This document shows positions 61,201 through 64,000 of a stretch of 64,000 nt of DNA, one piece after another; position 1 is the stretch's first letter; every line of letters begins with the position of its first letter. The notes beneath the pieces were generated by a model. That model saw only the letters and a program-made list of their open reading frames with translations. It was not told the origin of the DNA and searched no databases. The stretch is taken from NCBI GenBank assembly GCA_023433925.1, contig JAEYTO010000007.1, forward strand, positions 5,633 through 69,632, in the 5' to 3' direction. A program made the position numbers and the translations under genes. The DNA is from Pseudomonadota bacterium. GTDB taxonomy: Bacteria > Desulfobacterota > Desulfovibrionia > Desulfovibrionales > Desulfovibrionaceae.

Positions 61201-61368
61201 TTAAGATAAGATAGGCCAGATGGACGGCCTTGGCAACACTCAGTACGCTTTATCTTTACGCGATTCTCCGCTTTTTCTTGGCAGACAAACCTTTTTCCGC
61301 CTATTGCCAACTTTTTCCGCCTCTGCTATCCAAGGACCATCTAATTCACCTTATCGAAGGATATCGAC

Positions 61369-62460
<1,092 letters not shown>

Positions 62461-62477
62461 AGCAAGTAGGAAGACAA

Positions 62478-62536
62478 CTGGGAGAGGGCATTGCCTTTTC
62501 CCGGACCCGCCAAGGGATGATCCCTTTGGAAGCCCT
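62478..62536. repeat. Degenerate REP-like double hairpin after recA
   Basis: ctgggagagggcattgccttttcccgg and ccaagggatgatccctttgg. Confidence 0.55.
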
Positions 62537-62849
62537 CTTTCGGAGCGGCCGCAGCCTTGATGATTCGGGCCGCGGCCGTTCCTTCGCTTTGGCTGATTCC
62601 ACCCGCGACGCTGCCCGGCGCCTTGGCCGGCGGGCTCTGAGCGTCGCCGACAGTGGGGCCAGGCCGATCCGTCTTCCTGATTGAACTTTCCCCGCTTTTA
62701 GCCTTAAATGGCCGCCTTCGCGGCCAGGCCCGACCTGAACGGGCGCGTTATCGATCAGGCAGGTCTTGGCCGCGCGGCCGGAGCGTCTTATTTCAAGCCC
62801 TCCGGCCGGACTTGGGCCGAGCCCGGAGTTTTCCCCTCAAGGAGCGCAC

Positions 62850-64000
62850 ATGAAGGCCAACGAGATTCGCCAGAAGTTCCTCGAATATTTCAAGCGCCAG
62901 GGCCACGAGATCGTGGCTTCCTCGGGCCTGGTGCCCAAGGACGACCCGAGCCTCCTGTTCACCAACGCGGGCATGGTCCAGTTCAAGAAGGTCTTCCTGG
63001 GCCAGGAGAAGCGCGCCTACAACCGCGCCACGACCTCCCAGAAGTGCCTGCGCGTGGGCGGCAAGCACAACGACCTGGAGAACGTGGGCCGCACGGCGCG
63101 CCACCACACCTTCTTCGAGATGCTCGGCAACTTCTCCTTCGGCGACTACTTCAAGGCCGAGGCCATCCGCTTCGCCTGGGAGTTCCTGACCGAGGAGCTC
63201 AAGCTGCCCAAGGAGCGCCTGTACGTCACGGTCTTCCGCGACGACGACGAGGCCGAGGAGCTGTGGCGGAAGGTCGCCGGCGTCTCCAAGGACAGGATTT
63301 ACCGCCTGGGCGAGAAGGACAACTTCTGGTCCATGGGCGACACCGGCCCCTGCGGCCCGTGCTCCGAGATCCTCATCGACCAGGGCAGCCACATGAGCTG
63401 CGGCCTCCAGTGCGGCATCGGCAAGTGCGACTGCGACCGCTTCCTGGAGATCTGGAACCTGGTCTTCATGCAGTACGACCAGGCCGAGGGCGGCGTGCGC
63501 GTGCCCCTGCCCAGGCCGTCCATCGACACGGGCATGGGCCTGGAGCGCATCTCGGCCGTGGTCCAGGGCGTGTTCTCCAACTACGACACGGACCTCTTCC
63601 AGCAGCTCATCCAGCACACGGCCAACCTGTCCGGCGTGAAGTACCGGGCCGGCGAGGAATCCGACACGGCCCTGCGCGTCATCGCCGACCATGCGCGCTC
63701 CGCCGCGTTCATGATCACCGACGGCATCCTGCCCTCCAACGAGGGCCGGGGCTACGTCCTGCGCCGGCTCATCCGCCGCGCCTTCCGCTTCGGCCGGCTC
63801 ATCGGCCTGCGCGACCCGTTCCTGCACACGGTCTGCGCCGAGGTCGTGGAGGCCATGAGCGAGGCCTTCCCCGAGCTTCGCGACAACAGCGCCTTCATGA
63901 TCCGCGTGGTCAGGGAGGAGGAGGAGCGCTTCGGCCAGACCCTGGACAAGGGCCTGGAGATCCTGGAGGAGGAGCTGAGCAGGCTCACGGCCGCCGGCGG
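62850..64000 (+). CDS. alaS: Alanine--tRNA ligase, 5' part (runs off the right edge)
   Basis: [53 protein letters not shown]. Confidence 0.97.
   Translation, partial: MKANEIRQKFLEYFKRQGHEIVASSGLVPKDDPSLLFTNAGMVQFKKVFLGQEKRAYNRATTSQKCLRVGGKHNDLENVGRTARHHTFFEMLGNFSFGDYFKAEAIRFAWEFLTEELKLPKERLYVTVFRDDDEAEELWRKVAGVSKDRIYRLGEKDNFWSMGDTGPCGPCSEILIDQGSHMSCGLQCGIGKCDCDRFLEIWNLVFMQYDQAEGGVRVPLPRPSIDTGMGLERISAVVQGVFSNYDTDLFQQLIQHTANLSGVKYRAGEESDTALRVIADHARSAAFMITDGILPSNEGRGYVLRRLIRRAFRFGRLIGLRDPFLHTVCAEVVEAMSEAFPELRDNSAFMIRVVREEEERFGQTLDKGLEILEEELSRLTAAG

Noticed and set aside
61200..61368. LexA/SOS box upstream of recA
   Set aside because: No palindrome matching a box I can support

Overview
High-GC chromosomal window, most likely from a sulfate-reducing Desulfovibrionaceae-type bacterium (inferred from the echABCDEF hydrogenase, the cobA/hemD fusion, sigma54 regulation and the intergenic repeat style). 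The left end (1-3.5 kb) is an accessory island beside tRNA-Ala(GGC). It has a duplicated PaaI-like thioesterase 5' end flanking a zeta-toxin-like ATPase pair, and an AT-rich coupled three-gene operon (TIGR04255-like, 83-aa ORF, PemK/MazF-like) that looks like an undescribed toxin/defence module. Next come dppBC-type permeases, ychF, a candidate structured ncRNA and a PAS kinase. The 10-33 kb region is a biofilm-matrix locus. An NtrC-type activator precedes a UAS-IHF-sigma54 promoter and a Wzx/Wzy exopolysaccharide operon (short OPX, pseudo-tyrosine kinase, ExeA-LysM ATPases, priming transferase fused to a degenerate GGDEF domain). Converging on it is a secreted FN3 plus beta-helix gene pair under a sigma54 promoter and a c-di-GMP-I riboswitch. 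The right half holds speD, nfo, a porin, a hybrid kinase, cheD/cheY-like genes, an ABM-OYE fusion, echA-F, cobA/hemD, purN, amrA, an internally deleted IS5-family element, rnr, lpxK, yccA, a Tat hemerythrin, recA and partial alaS. A MITE/REP-like family is dispersed through the window, and an ~80-bp four-hairpin module with compensatory base changes is inserted into two different host palindromes. All family assignments come from reading motifs by eye; no searches were run.
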